Origin: a virus
Lineage: Duplodnaviria; Heunggongvirae; Uroviricota; Caudoviricetes
Reading direction: 5' to 3' (one strand)
DNA length: 43,602 nucleotides
Virus record (IMG/VR): IMGVR_UViG_2541047812_000007
Location: 1 to 43,602 of that record
Numbering within the stretch: position 1 is the stretch's first letter; every line of letters begins with the position of its first letter. Under the pieces are notes generated by a model. The model worked only from the letters and a program-made list of their open reading frames with translations, did not search any database and was not told the origin of the DNA. Position numbers and translations under genes: made by a program. Below, piece by piece: positions 1 through 8,391 of this stretch.

Positions 1-516
1 ATGAAATTTAAAAAATGTCTTCTGCCTGTGGCAATGTTAGCGTCATTCACTCTGGCAGGATGCCAGTCAAATGCTGATGATCATGCCGCCGATGTTTATC
101 AAACCGATCAACTGAATACCAAACAAGAAACTAAAACCGTTAATATTATTTCCATTCTTCCCGCAAAAGTTGCCGTAGACAACGCCCAAAATAAACGGAA
201 CGCACAAGCCTTCGGCGCGCTTATTGGCGCTGTCGCTGGCGGTGTTATCGGCCACAACGTCGGGTCTGGCAGCAATTCCGGAACGACGGCAGGTGCAGTT
301 GGCGGCGGAGCTGTAGGCGCGGCAGCGGGTTCGATGGTGAATGATAAAACCTTAGTGGAAGGTGTTTCTTTAACATATAAGGAAGGCACCAAAGTGTATA
401 CCTCCACCCAGGTGGGTAAAGAGTGCCAGTTTACGACAGGTTTAGCCGTTGTTATTACCACGACGTATAACGAAACGCGTATTCAGCCAAATACCAAATG
501 TCCTGAAAAGAGCTAA
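1..516 (+). CDS. Exported lipoprotein with glycine-zipper region; probable host flank
   Basis: ORF with signal peptide and lipobox LAGC; Gly/Ala-rich GxxxG-type stretch (GALIGAVAGGVIGH). Family not identified with certainty. Confidence 0.65.
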   Translation: MKFKKCLLPVAMLASFTLAGCQSNADDHAADVYQTDQLNTKQETKTVNIISILPAKVAVDNAQNKRNAQAFGALIGAVAGGVIGHNVGSGSNSGTTAGAVGGGAVGAAAGSMVNDKTLVEGVSLTYKEGTKVYTSTQVGKECQFTTGLAVVITTTYNETRIQPNTKCPEKS

Positions 517-531
517 TAATCAGGAGGAGTC

Positions 532-1071
532 ATGAAGAAAGTTTTTCTTTGCGCCATCTTAGCCTCCTTAAGCTATCCGGCTATCGCCTCATCATTGCAG
601 GATCAACTCTCGGCTGTCGCAGAAGCGGAACAGCAAGGTAAAAATGAAGAGCAAAGGCAGCATGACGAATGGGTCGCGGAGCGCAACAGGGAAATCCAGC
701 AAGAGAAGCAACGTCGCGCAAACGCCCAGGCCGCGGCTAATAAAAGAGCGGCAACGGCAGCAGCGAATAAGAAAGCTCGTCAGGATAAACTGGACGCCGA
801 AGCCACTGCGGACAAAAAACGCGATCAAAGTTATGAAGATGAGCTACGTAGCTTAGAGATTCAGAAACAAAAACTGGCGCTGGCGAAAGAAGAAGCCCGC
901 GTCAAGCGCGAAAACGAATTTATCGATCAGGAACTGAAGCACAAAGCTGCGCAAACCGATGTGGTGCAATCTGAAGCTGACGCAAACAGAAATATGACTG
1001 AAGGCGGTCGCGATCTGATGAAAAGCGTGGGCAAAGCAGAAGAGAACAAATCGGACAGCTGGTTTAATTAA
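532..1071 (+). CDS. Secreted charged coiled-coil protein; probable host flank
   Basis: SD (AGGAGG) then ATG; N-terminal signal peptide ending AIA-SS; rest is highly charged Q/E/K/R/A-rich. Confidence 0.6.
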   Translation: MKKVFLCAILASLSYPAIASSLQDQLSAVAEAEQQGKNEEQRQHDEWVAERNREIQQEKQRRANAQAAANKRAATAAANKKARQDKLDAEATADKKRDQSYEDELRSLEIQKQKLALAKEEARVKRENEFIDQELKHKAAQTDVVQSEADANRNMTEGGRDLMKSVGKAEENKSDSWFN

Positions 1072-1115
1072 TCGATGTAAGTAACTTCAAGCCTATAATT
1101 CTTGAAGATAAAAAA

Positions 1116-1141
1116 CCCTCTGTAGTAACAGAGGGTTTTGT
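1116..1141. terminator. Rho-independent terminator after the host-like gene, likely bidirectional
   Basis: Hairpin CCCTCTG-tagtaa-CAGAGGG followed by TTTTG and preceded by an A-run. Confidence 0.6.
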
Positions 1142-1267
1142 TCATTCATAGTGCAGGGATCAAAATCATTCCCACTCAATTATTTACGACAACCATAACC
1201 AATTGACTGATAACATTTTTCCAAACCTCAACTTTTCCCGTACCGTTTTATATACCGTCACCGGAAA

Positions 1268-1765
1268 TCAGTGCCACGATTTTTTCTTCTTCAGTGAATC
1301 GTATTGCTGCTCGCAGAATTCCCCTGCGATACGATACTTTTCAGCCTCAGCTGCTGTTGCGTTGTAAACTCGGTTGCTTTCTTCAAGCATGTCGGCGAGC
1401 ACACCGATGACCTTGCTGGCTGGCGTGCCAGGGGGGAAAGATCCGGTATAGTGTTCGGCGAGCCGCCTGGTTTTGTCAAGCTCGGCGCGCATGCTGTCAG
1501 CAGCGGAATTAGCATACTCAGCATCAGCACGCGCCGCATCGATACGGGATTGTGCTTCACGTTCAATTTGTGTTTTCTCCTGCTCACGCTGTGACCTTAA
1601 CTTATCATCAGCCTGTTTCTGATCTTCCTTCGCCTGCGCATACCCGGCATCGTACTGACGGATGCCGTGCACATTCCAGGCAACAACTCCTGATATGACC
1701 AGAACAGCAAGCATCGCCACGATAAGTAACTGTTTACGGTATGCTTTTACAAATGCCCAGATCAT
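1268..1765 (-). CDS. Rz-like inner-membrane spanin (i-spanin)
   Basis: N-terminal TM helix then charged coiled-coil; immediately downstream of the endolysin with a 4-nt ATGA overlap. Confidence 0.6.
   Translation of the reverse strand: MIWAFVKAYRKQLLIVAMLAVLVISGVVAWNVHGIRQYDAGYAQAKEDQKQADDKLRSQREQEKTQIEREAQSRIDAARADAEYANSAADSMRAELDKTRRLAEHYTGSFPPGTPASKVIGVLADMLEESNRVYNATAAEAEKYRIAGEFCEQQYDSLKKKKSWH
1291..1539 (-). CDS. Rz1-like outer-membrane lipoprotein spanin (o-spanin), embedded in Rz in another frame
   Basis: Embedded ORF with signal peptide [16 protein letters not shown] followed by Cys (lipobox LLTAC) and a proline-rich mature part. Start chosen at the Met preceding the signal peptide. 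Confidence 0.5.
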   Translation of the reverse strand: MRRVLMLSMLIPLLTACAPSLTKPGGSPNTIPDLSPLARQPARSSVCSPTCLKKATEFTTQQQLRLKSIVSQGNSASSNTIH

Positions 1766-2391
1766 ACCGCCAGTACCTTACTTGCTGTGATGTACCGCGC
1801 ACGCCGGTCGTCGATACCGTTTCTGCCACCATTGATAATCAGAGTTACACGTACAATATCGCCGGTATACTTCATGCATCCTTTGCTGGCGAAGAACCAC
1901 GCCGCGCTACGAGCCGCATATTCGTCCTGCGCCAGCAGTTCAGGGCTCTCCAGCAGGTCAACCTTCAGACCGTTTCCGCAATCACGATAGTTATTCAAAC
2001 CGGTAATCTGGATAAGTCCGCGCCCTCGGTAATTCCAGCCATCACCAGGGGCATTGTTCCCCATGCGTTTGCTGTATACCAGATTTGCGATCGCGCGCTG
2101 GCGCTCAAGTGGCAATGGTGGTTCACCAGCACGGCGCCCCAGTGCATTAGCCTGCCCCTGAGTGAGACGCCCAGCCCGAACGAAGTTAGCCAGTCCGCTG
2201 ACACTGTAGTTGAAATTCTCCTGCAACCTGGTGAAGCTCCCAGACTCATGCCCGACTTGAGCAATAAACATTGCCTGATCTTCTGCTTTGCTGATACCAA
2301 ACTCTTTCATCGCAGAAGTTATATGCGAGAACCAGCGTGCGGCCAGTGCCTCGCTGATACCAGCAGCTCGCTGGAATTGTTTAATCTCCAT
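1762..2391 (-). CDS. Endolysin, glycoside hydrolase family 19 (chitinase-like lysozyme)
   Basis: Motifs QVGHESG and [11 protein letters not shown] typical of GH19 phage endolysins. Start set at internal ATG (MEIKQF...) instead of the longer ORF-track start at 2556. Confidence 0.85.
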   Translation of the reverse strand: MEIKQFQRAAGISEALAARWFSHITSAMKEFGISKAEDQAMFIAQVGHESGSFTRLQENFNYSVSGLANFVRAGRLTQGQANALGRRAGEPPLPLERQRAIANLVYSKRMGNNAPGDGWNYRGRGLIQITGLNNYRDCGNGLKVDLLESPELLAQDEYAARSAAWFFASKGCMKYTGDIVRVTLIINGGRNGIDDRRARYITASKVLAV

Positions 2392-2689
2392 GTTTAGACC
2401 TCGATACTTTAAAAATTTGAACGACGTTACCGCGCGTTTTAATAACCGCAGCCAGCATGACAGCGTTGATAATGACCTCAGATAAATCCACAGCCATTGG
2501 CGTACGTAACCAGATTGCATAGGCGACTCGAACAGGAATACTGGCCGCAGCAACAATCAGGAAATAAGCAAGCCATCCTCCCCACCTTCGATGTTGAGAG
2601 CCGTTACGCCGGAATGTGACAACGCGAATTGCTATGCCAGTGCAAATAACTGCATTGGTGATAAGCAAAAAAAACTCATGCGTTACCAT
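2381..2689 (-). CDS. Small membrane protein, holin/antiholin-like
   Basis: 102 aa with hydrophobic TM segments; overlaps the endolysin start by 11 nt and the upstream membrane protein by 14 nt. Confidence 0.5.
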   Translation of the reverse strand: MVTHEFFLLITNAVICTGIAIRVVTFRRNGSQHRRWGGWLAYFLIVAAASIPVRVAYAIWLRTPMAVDLSEVIINAVMLAAVIKTRGNVVQIFKVSRSKHGD

Positions 2690-3080
2690 CGTCTTTTCTC
2701 CCCGGAATTAACTCGCGTGGATTATCGGAACGGTGATAGAGCCATATACCAATACGCACAGCGACAATTGCTGACACGAATGCGCCTGCAGAGAAAACAA
2801 TCCCTTTTTCAAAAGAGTCCTGCGTGATGGTAGGGATCAGGCTGGCTATGCCGATAAGAATTGATGCTGCTGGTTTGTAAAAGAGAAGGCCACAAAGAAA
2901 GCTGAGCATCGAAAGGAGCACCCGGCGACGGATGGGGTACTCTACTGCAGAGGTAACAAAAATTACCGCCCCAGCCAAAGCCCCTAAAGCAACCTCCGGA
3001 GGGACACCTGCAATAACCGCAGCAAGAGAACCAAAACTAAGCAACTGATTTAATTGCTCACTTGTTACTTGAGCAGACAT
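2676..3080 (-). CDS. Holin-like multi-pass membrane protein
   Basis: 134 aa, several hydrophobic helices, charged C-terminus; first gene of the lysis cassette, preceded by a 300-bp AT-rich noncoding region. Confidence 0.55.
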   Translation of the reverse strand: MSAQVTSEQLNQLLSFGSLAAVIAGVPPEVALGALAGAVIFVTSAVEYPIRRRVLLSMLSFLCGLLFYKPAASILIGIASLIPTITQDSFEKGIVFSAGAFVSAIVAVRIGIWLYHRSDNPRELIPGRKDDGNA

Positions 3081-3361
3081 ACTTTCTCCTGTTTACTATC
3101 TATAAGCCAGTCAATTATTGATGACTAACCCCGCATAGTAAACCATATATGAATCATTATTGTTCCATATCATATATCTCAATAAAAGTACTAATGATTT
3201 TACAGAACGAGCCAGCAGAGTGGGGGCAGTTGTACAGGAACCATAGACTTAATTTTGTATTTAATAATGCTATGGTGTAATAAACCTGAACATGTATTTA
3301 AAATACGTACTGATTCATGATAGAATTCAAAGATAACTTTTCACAAACTCCGTTTTTGATA

Positions 3362-3390
3362 CCCGCAAAATATTGCGGGCTTTTTTTTAA
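3362..3390 (+). terminator. Hairpin plus T-run at the tailspike 3' end
   Basis: CCCGCAA-aat-ATTGCGGG followed by TTTTTTTT on the plus strand; the minus-strand version has a weaker U-tract. Confidence 0.4.
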
Positions 3391-6300
3391 CGTTCTTCCA
3401 GAGACTGAATCCGCTCTTTTATCTTATCCATTTCTCTGCGCTGCCATGCCGCCTCGATATAGAATAAGAGATCAGGTCTGACCCCCCATCTAGATCCTGC
3501 TGGCGTTATTTCAACGCGCTCAATGATGTCTTCCATTACCATCACTGGATTATCATCCTCATCAACAATGATGCTCCCGTCATTATCAGTCAGCGGCATT
3601 TCCCTTTGGCCAGTAATGACGTCATCATATACTGCGGGATAATCGTCATAGCAAAGAAAGGCATAGCGGCATGTTGTGCTTTCTTCTTCCATGAGTCCGT
3701 GAGAAATAAGAACATCACGAAGTTGCTGCGCGATTACACCATGATGTATCCTCGCTCCTTCTTCCCCCTTTATAGCGACAGCGTTCAGCCATTTATAAGC
3801 GATATACCTGACGTCACCCCAGGCATCCAGCAATGCTTCGTCAGGAGAGACCGGCTCTGTCTTTAATGTTCCGTCACTGGTAACCACAGGATTGGAGCCA
3901 AGATAAACTGTCGAGAACCTGTTTCCCGGACCACCAAGAGCATTTACATTATCAAGATAAGGTTTAACATCTCCGTTCTCAAAAAGATGTTCGAGTGCGT
4001 TATATACCGCGCGACGTGGAGTACTGCTTCCGGAACCATGCAACGTTATCATTGCACCATCTGCTGAAGACGTTGTTTCACCGCCGCTAACGATTAATCT
4101 CTGAGCGGTAACATCATCAGACGGTACTTTCTTCGCAATAATGGCGTAATTACCCTCAAGTTTGACTTCCGCGCGAACTTGTCCTGATGTACCTGCATGG
4201 ACAGTCAGTGACTGGACGGCAACATCATCTGTGAAATCAACGGGTACAGGAACCGTCCTCACGCCTGACGTCGACATAAAAGTAGGAAGCGTTCTGTTAG
4301 GAGTGGCTCCGTAGACAAAATCCCTTGAAACAAATTCTTCCTGTTTAATTTTCACCCTGAAACAATACAAATCAGCCGGGTGACCATCGTGAACATAAGG
4401 ATATTTTCTGTTGTTATCCCCTATGCTCCATGGGTTTAGAAAGTCTTCCCCACCGAAAATGTAGTACAGCCAGTTGTCTTTGATACAAACTGAACCAACA
4501 CCAACCGCAGAGTTAACTATTCCGCCCTGATAAATCTGATCAGTAACATTAACCCACTCTACATTATCCAGACTCCACTCATTGACGTTAACTCTGGTCA
4601 TAAATGTTCTTGGATAATTTCCTGCATAACGGTTATCAGGTTCTCCTCCTTCCCACTCACCAAATGCGCGCTCACTGCCAAAAATAATCAGCTCATCGCC
4701 AACTTTGGCAAAAGGAAGGTTTGAGTGATGAACATTATTTGGGAAGCGAAGAGAATTCCATGATGTACCTAAATCAGAGCTTCTGTGCAATGAACTACCG
4801 GGTTGAGTACTTAATGTCCCCCTGGTCGTCAGATACAGAATGCCATCATAATATTTTACACATGGCTCAGATGCATTCGCCTCATATTCTGCAGGTATGC
4901 GTCTGCGAACAAAGCTACCAGGAGAACCGAAAGCATCAGAGAAATAGAGTATCCCAAGCTCGCGTGGACCAATATCACCATTATGGTAGCCAACAGCAAA
5001 ACTGTTATCGCTAATCGTCGCAAAACTGTGAATCTCAGTAACAGGAGTGCTTCCGTCAACAAAAGAAGGAATAGTTCCAAGACTGGTTTTTCTCCATGGT
5101 GACGAGTGAAATGATGTACCAAAACTCCAGTATCTACCCTCGTTATTCTGATCCACATCCTGGGTATTTTGCGTCGTAACTGTAAAAGTATTTTTATCAA
5201 TAACAGTAGTCACCGTCATATTCCCGGTAACACCTGTAACACCAGAGTTTGAGAAGTTGACAAAATCACCAGCAAATAATCCGTGATCAGTAATGCGAAT
5301 ATAAGCGACTTGCTGATTTGCTGCTTTCGTTATACCACCATAAACGCGAAGGCTGCGACTCATTGGGCGATCCCACAACTCTGCAACCTGCAGTTTATTT
5401 CCTCTCACGGTCCGCGTCTCAATTACAGCAAAAAGGCGATTTCTGACAACCCCCATACTCATGCAGTGATAGTTAACTGTGGGATAGTTTTCATGTAAAT
5501 CTGTAAGCCATTCCGGCGTTGTCCAGGTCTTCCCGTCATCTCCTGAGCGAACCCATGCAACATGGAGGTTATTTACACCATGGCGGTCTCCAGCCATAAA
5601 AGGCGCATAGATGACATTGTCATATACAAACGTTTTATCCTGCGTCCAGGCGTTGTACCACGGTGTATCTGTAATTTTAAATAACTCTCCCTGGATAAAA
5701 TCTTCAGAAGCATAAAAAAGAGGCTGGCCCGGTATTCTCTCAAATAAAAAACGAGCATTTTTAAATCGACTGACATCCGGAAGAGTTGATACTTTAAAAG
5801 TAAGCCCTAATCCGTCAATTTTATAACCTGGAGATGAGGCTTCAAGGCACGCGCTTATTGCAGTGGAATCGTCATTTATACCATCACCAACAGCTCCAAA
5901 ATCTTTGGGGCTAATAGCATCACGCATTTTATCCTGGAACGTTCGGTACACAGCCCCAGAACCATACTGAATAAACCAACCAAAACCACCAACAACCCCG
6001 GCGATTGCAGCATCGACATAATTACGCATTGAGCGATTATTTACAGCGTCCTGCTCAAATGATGGATCTGCAAGGTTAGAAATTTTGTTTTGCTTTGCAT
6101 CGTAATATTTTGCAAGCAAAGATGGTTTCATCAATGCACGTCTGAACCACCCAAAACATTGCTGGATCAGCATCGTCAGGTAGTCAAAGGCATCTTCATG
6201 CACTTCGGGGAAAAATTTTCCCTGATTGCGAAGGTCTGTCTCCTGCACTACATCAAGCACACGATCTATCGTAATTCGCCATCCAGTAGCAAGCGGAGAC

Positions 6301-6506
6301 GGAAGAACCACAGAACCGCCACTATAAGTGCCCGCCCCAGTTACCGTATAACCGGTATCCAGAACCAATTCTGTTACGTTTCCGTTCAGGTCAGACACCT
6401 GAACAACCAGGTCTGATTTTCTGAAAATTCGAAAAGTATACGGAAACGATGTCGTAACGCCGTTACCGGTGTATTCGTTGTGGTCAACTTCGGTTGAGAC
6501 CGTCAT
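3387..6506 (-). CDS. Tailspike/tail fibre: T7 gp17-like N-terminal domain, sialidase-like Asp-box domain, C-terminal intramolecular chaperone-like domain
   Basis: N-terminus resembles T7 tail-fibre N-domain (YTGNGVTTSFPYTF..RKSDLVV); two Asp-boxes SGDDGKTW (nt ~5523-5546) and SSDLGTSW (nt ~4758-4781); last ~160 aa resemble the autoproteolytic chaperone domain of endosialidase-type tailspikes. SD GGAG before ATG. Confidence 0.8.
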   Translation of the reverse strand: MTVSTEVDHNEYTGNGVTTSFPYTFRIFRKSDLVVQVSDLNGNVTELVLDTGYTVTGAGTYSGGSVVLPSPLATGWRITIDRVLDVVQETDLRNQGKFFPEVHEDAFDYLTMLIQQCFGWFRRALMKPSLLAKYYDAKQNKISNLADPSFEQDAVNNRSMRNYVDAAIAGVVGGFGWFIQYGSGAVYRTFQDKMRDAISPKDFGAVGDGINDDSTAISACLEASSPGYKIDGLGLTFKVSTLPDVSRFKNARFLFERIPGQPLFYASEDFIQGELFKITDTPWYNAWTQDKTFVYDNVIYAPFMAGDRHGVNNLHVAWVRSGDDGKTWTTPEWLTDLHENYPTVNYHCMSMGVVRNRLFAVIETRTVRGNKLQVAELWDRPMSRSLRVYGGITKAANQQVAYIRITDHGLFAGDFVNFSNSGVTGVTGNMTVTTVIDKNTFTVTTQNTQDVDQNNEGRYWSFGTSFHSSPWRKTSLGTIPSFVDGSTPVTEIHSFATISDNSFAVGYHNGDIGPRELGILYFSDAFGSPGSFVRRRIPAEYEANASEPCVKYYDGILYLTTRGTLSTQPGSSLHRSSDLGTSWNSLRFPNNVHHSNLPFAKVGDELIIFGSERAFGEWEGGEPDNRYAGNYPRTFMTRVNVNEWSLDNVEWVNVTDQIYQGGIVNSAVGVGSVCIKDNWLYYIFGGEDFLNPWSIGDNNRKYPYVHDGHPADLYCFRVKIKQEEFVSRDFVYGATPNRTLPTFMSTSGVRTVPVPVDFTDDVAVQSLTVHAGTSGQVRAEVKLEGNYAIIAKKVPSDDVTAQRLIVSGGETTSSADGAMITLHGSGSSTPRRAVYNALEHLFENGDVKPYLDNVNALGGPGNRFSTVYLGSNPVVTSDGTLKTEPVSPDEALLDAWGDVRYIAYKWLNAVAIKGEEGARIHHGVIAQQLRDVLISHGLMEEESTTCRYAFLCYDDYPAVYDDVITGQREMPLTDNDGSIIVDEDDNPVMVMEDIIERVEITPAGSRWGVRPDLLFYIEAAWQRREMDKIKERIQSLEER

Positions 6507-6610
6507 GTTAAATCTCCAGATAGTCGCAGCACCCGTTGCGCCGCATATCTGGTTATTCTATTACCTGAAAAACCACATATGGATAGAAAGACTGTAAATA
6601 CGAATAGATA

Positions 6611-6625
6611 TTACCTTTCAGGTAA
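6611..6625. promoter_or_regulatory. Palindromic operator-like site TTACCTTTCAGGTAA
   Basis: Perfect TTACC-N5-GGTAA inverted repeat; identical 15-mer recurs at 26205-26219. Confidence 0.4.
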
Positions 6626-6662
6626 TTTGCAAAACGTGCTGGATAGCAAACAAATTATTTGC

Positions 6663-6682
6663 TACTGTATAAATATACAGTT
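6663..6682. promoter_or_regulatory. LexA (SOS) box
   Basis: TACTGTATAAATATACAGTT, a CTGT-N8-ACAG palindrome two mismatches from the LexA consensus, about 20 nt upstream of the ATG at 6702. Confidence 0.7.
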
Positions 6683-6701
6683 ATTGCATGGAGAAGATAA
6701 G

Positions 6702-6959
6702 ATGCAGCAGTATCACTATCCACTGGAAGACGGATTTACCGAAAGGATTCACACGCCGGGAGGCGTCAGGTCACTGGTGGAGGGATCGCACTTGATGAAA
6801 TTACTCCGGGATCTCGATAAGGATGGATTTAATGTCGATGGCCCACTTGCCGAACTGACTGCACTGATTAACTACGTCACCAGCTCACAGATGTCTATGC
6901 AGGATCTGCAAACACATCTCGACTATTGTGCCGAACAATTACGAAAACAAACCAGATAA
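6702..6959 (+). CDS. Small (85 aa) antirepressor-domain protein, predicted SOS-inducible
   Basis: SD GGAGAAG 5 nt before ATG; protein aligns with the shared C-terminal domain of the three larger antirepressors (HSPSGV / HTPGGV, DIQTHAEY / DLQTHLDY). Start moved from ORF-track 6579 to 6702. Confidence 0.6.
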   Translation: MQQYHYPLEDGFTERIHTPGGVRSLVEGSHLMKLLRDLDKDGFNVDGPLAELTALINYVTSSQMSMQDLQTHLDYCAEQLRKQTR

Positions 6960-6962
6960 GAT

Positions 6963-6991
6963 TTGAAATTACCAATAGGAGTGCTTATATT
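6963..6991 (+). promoter_or_regulatory. Sigma70-like promoter TTGAAA-17bp-TATATT
   Basis: Near-consensus -35 and -10 with 17-bp spacer; predicted start site falls inside the operator-like palindrome at 6991-7005. Confidence 0.5.
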
Positions 6992-7005
6992 TACCTTTGC
7001 GGTAA
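6991..7005. promoter_or_regulatory. Palindromic operator-like site TTACCTTTGCGGTAA
   Basis: TTACC-N5-GGTAA inverted repeat overlapping the promoter -10 and start site. Confidence 0.4.
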
Positions 7006-7118
7006 ATTTACATCGCACTCCTCTTGTGCCATAGTAATCGGGCACTGGCAAAATCCAGTGCCGGGATTGGCGTCCCGGATTACTAAAAGGCGCATTCACC
7101 GCGCAAGCGGTTTTTTTA
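6998..7118 (+). ncRNA. Candidate small RNA or terminated leader (about 120 nt)
   Basis: Runs from the predicted promoter to an intrinsic terminator (ACCGC-gcaa-GCGGT plus T7 at 7098-7118); contains nested GC-rich hairpins; the overlapping ORFs have no SD and poor context. Confidence 0.3.
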
Positions 7119-7274
7119 TGCGTATAGCACGGCCACATTCGTATTATGGTGGGCTGTGTGGGGGCACCGAAAGGTGCGCCGGGTCCTTTTAGCCGGTTAC
7201 GCCAACCCTGCACAGTTCACCACCAACCGATTGGCGTCGGTAGTGGTGATTAACCAGACTAAAAGGTAACCACT

Positions 7275-7970
7275 ATGACAGCTACAAAAAGCACGTCCAT
7301 TTTTTCTTTCGAATCCCAAGCCGATATACGGGTAATCGTCATTAATGGTGAGCCATGGTTTATCGCTTCAGATGTTTGTCGGGCTATAGGCATAGCAAAC
7401 CATCGAGATGCTGTTCGAAAACTTGATGATGATGAGAAGGGCGTCGCTTCAACCGACACCCCTGGCGGTGAGCAAGAATCGATCATCATCTCCGAGTCAG
7501 GCCTCTACACACTGATCCTCCGCTGCCGCGACGCAGTGACACCAGGCACTATCCCCTACCGCTTTCGTAAATGGGTTACAGGTGAGGTTCTTCCTCAGAT
7601 CCGCCGCACCGGAAGTTACATTAAAAACTCGCTCCCGCAGGAAGAACGCATAAAGATGGTTGCCGACCAGGTAGCCAGCGCCACAGCATCAGCAGTGATG
7701 CAGGCAATGAAGGTAGAGAACAAAACCTACAGCGCCCCGCTGAAGCCCGGCTACCGCAGCCTGATTCACTCGCCGTCTGGTGTTCTCGGCCTGACGGAGA
7801 ACTCACTGCTGATGAATCTGCTGAACCAGTTACAGGACGACGGGCACGACGTATCGGGCGCGGCGGCGGAGCTGACCACCATGTTCTGCTACATCGTCGG
7901 TGTGAGCAAATGCCTGCGTGATATCCAGACCCACGCGGAGTACATCAACGACAAGGCAGGGTTCTTCTGA
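7275..7970 (+). CDS. Antirepressor, Bro-N N-terminal domain plus shared antirepressor C-terminal domain
   Basis: N-terminus has the Bro-N pattern (IRVIVINGEPWFIASDVCRAIG); C-terminal ~80 aa nearly identical to the C-termini of 9088-10026 and 41668-42318. Confidence 0.8.
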   Translation: MTATKSTSIFSFESQADIRVIVINGEPWFIASDVCRAIGIANHRDAVRKLDDDEKGVASTDTPGGEQESIIISESGLYTLILRCRDAVTPGTIPYRFRKWVTGEVLPQIRRTGSYIKNSLPQEERIKMVADQVASATASAVMQAMKVENKTYSAPLKPGYRSLIHSPSGVLGLTENSLLMNLLNQLQDDGHDVSGAAAELTTMFCYIVGVSKCLRDIQTHAEYINDKAGFF

Positions 7971-7993
7971 CGGCGGCGGCACAGGGACGTGCC
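7729..7993 (+). repeat. Copy 1 of a ~260-bp near-identical repeat (antirepressor 3' end plus ~25 bp)
   Basis: Over 95% identical by eye to 42073-42341 (direct) and to 9064-9318 (inverted). Confidence 0.8.
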
Positions 7994-8040
7994 TTTAAAT
8001 AATTCTGTACGATTGCAGACTGGGGGTGAATAGCGTACTA

Positions 8041-8055
8041 TTACCCCAAAGGTAA
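8041..8055. promoter_or_regulatory. Palindromic operator-like site TTACCCCAAAGGTAA
   Basis: TTACC-N5-GGTAA inverted repeat about 120 bp upstream of the 8173 cassette. Confidence 0.4.
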
Positions 8056-8172
8056 GAAAGTTGATTTGTAACATTTTAGTTTGTAGTTACCGTGATGGTT
8101 TTGCTGCAGAAAGTTAACTAGTCAAAATCACACCGTATGTAAGTCACGTCTGTTCCCGTATGGGAGGATGAT

Positions 8173-8391
8173 ATGTTTAAATTTGATATGCAACTTAACC
8201 AAAACTATGCCTCTTTTTACCATCCAGAAACTGGTAAAGCTGTTTTCGTTGACTCTTTCGATAATGAAGAATTTGATATCAGAATTGGGACCCTACGCCA
8301 AAGTAAGCATGTTGCTACTGTACGTGCATCCAATGATGATGAATTAAATCAAAAAATAAGTGAGGCGACCTCCCGTTATCTATGTCTATAA
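8173..8391 (+). CDS. Hypothetical protein (72 aa), first gene of an AT-rich two-gene moron
   Basis: Strong SD GGGAGG 6 nt before ATG; low GC relative to surrounding phage DNA; no family recognised. Confidence 0.6.
   Translation: MFKFDMQLNQNYASFYHPETGKAVFVDSFDNEEFDIRIGTLRQSKHVATVRASNDDELNQKISEATSRYLCL

Noticed and set aside
1762-2556. Long 264-aa version of the endolysin ORF
   Set aside because: The first 55 codons overlap the holin-like gene and have no GH19 similarity; the internal ATG at 2391 begins the recognisable domain.
6579-6959. 126-aa version of the small antirepressor ORF
   Set aside because: The upstream start would place the LexA box and putative promoter inside the coding sequence; the internal ATG at 6702 has a good SD and similarity starts there.
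6923-7213. ORFs at 6923-7213 (-) and 6926-7192 (+) in the Bro-N leader
   Set aside because: The region is a promoter plus hairpins plus terminator with no SD; better explained as RNA.
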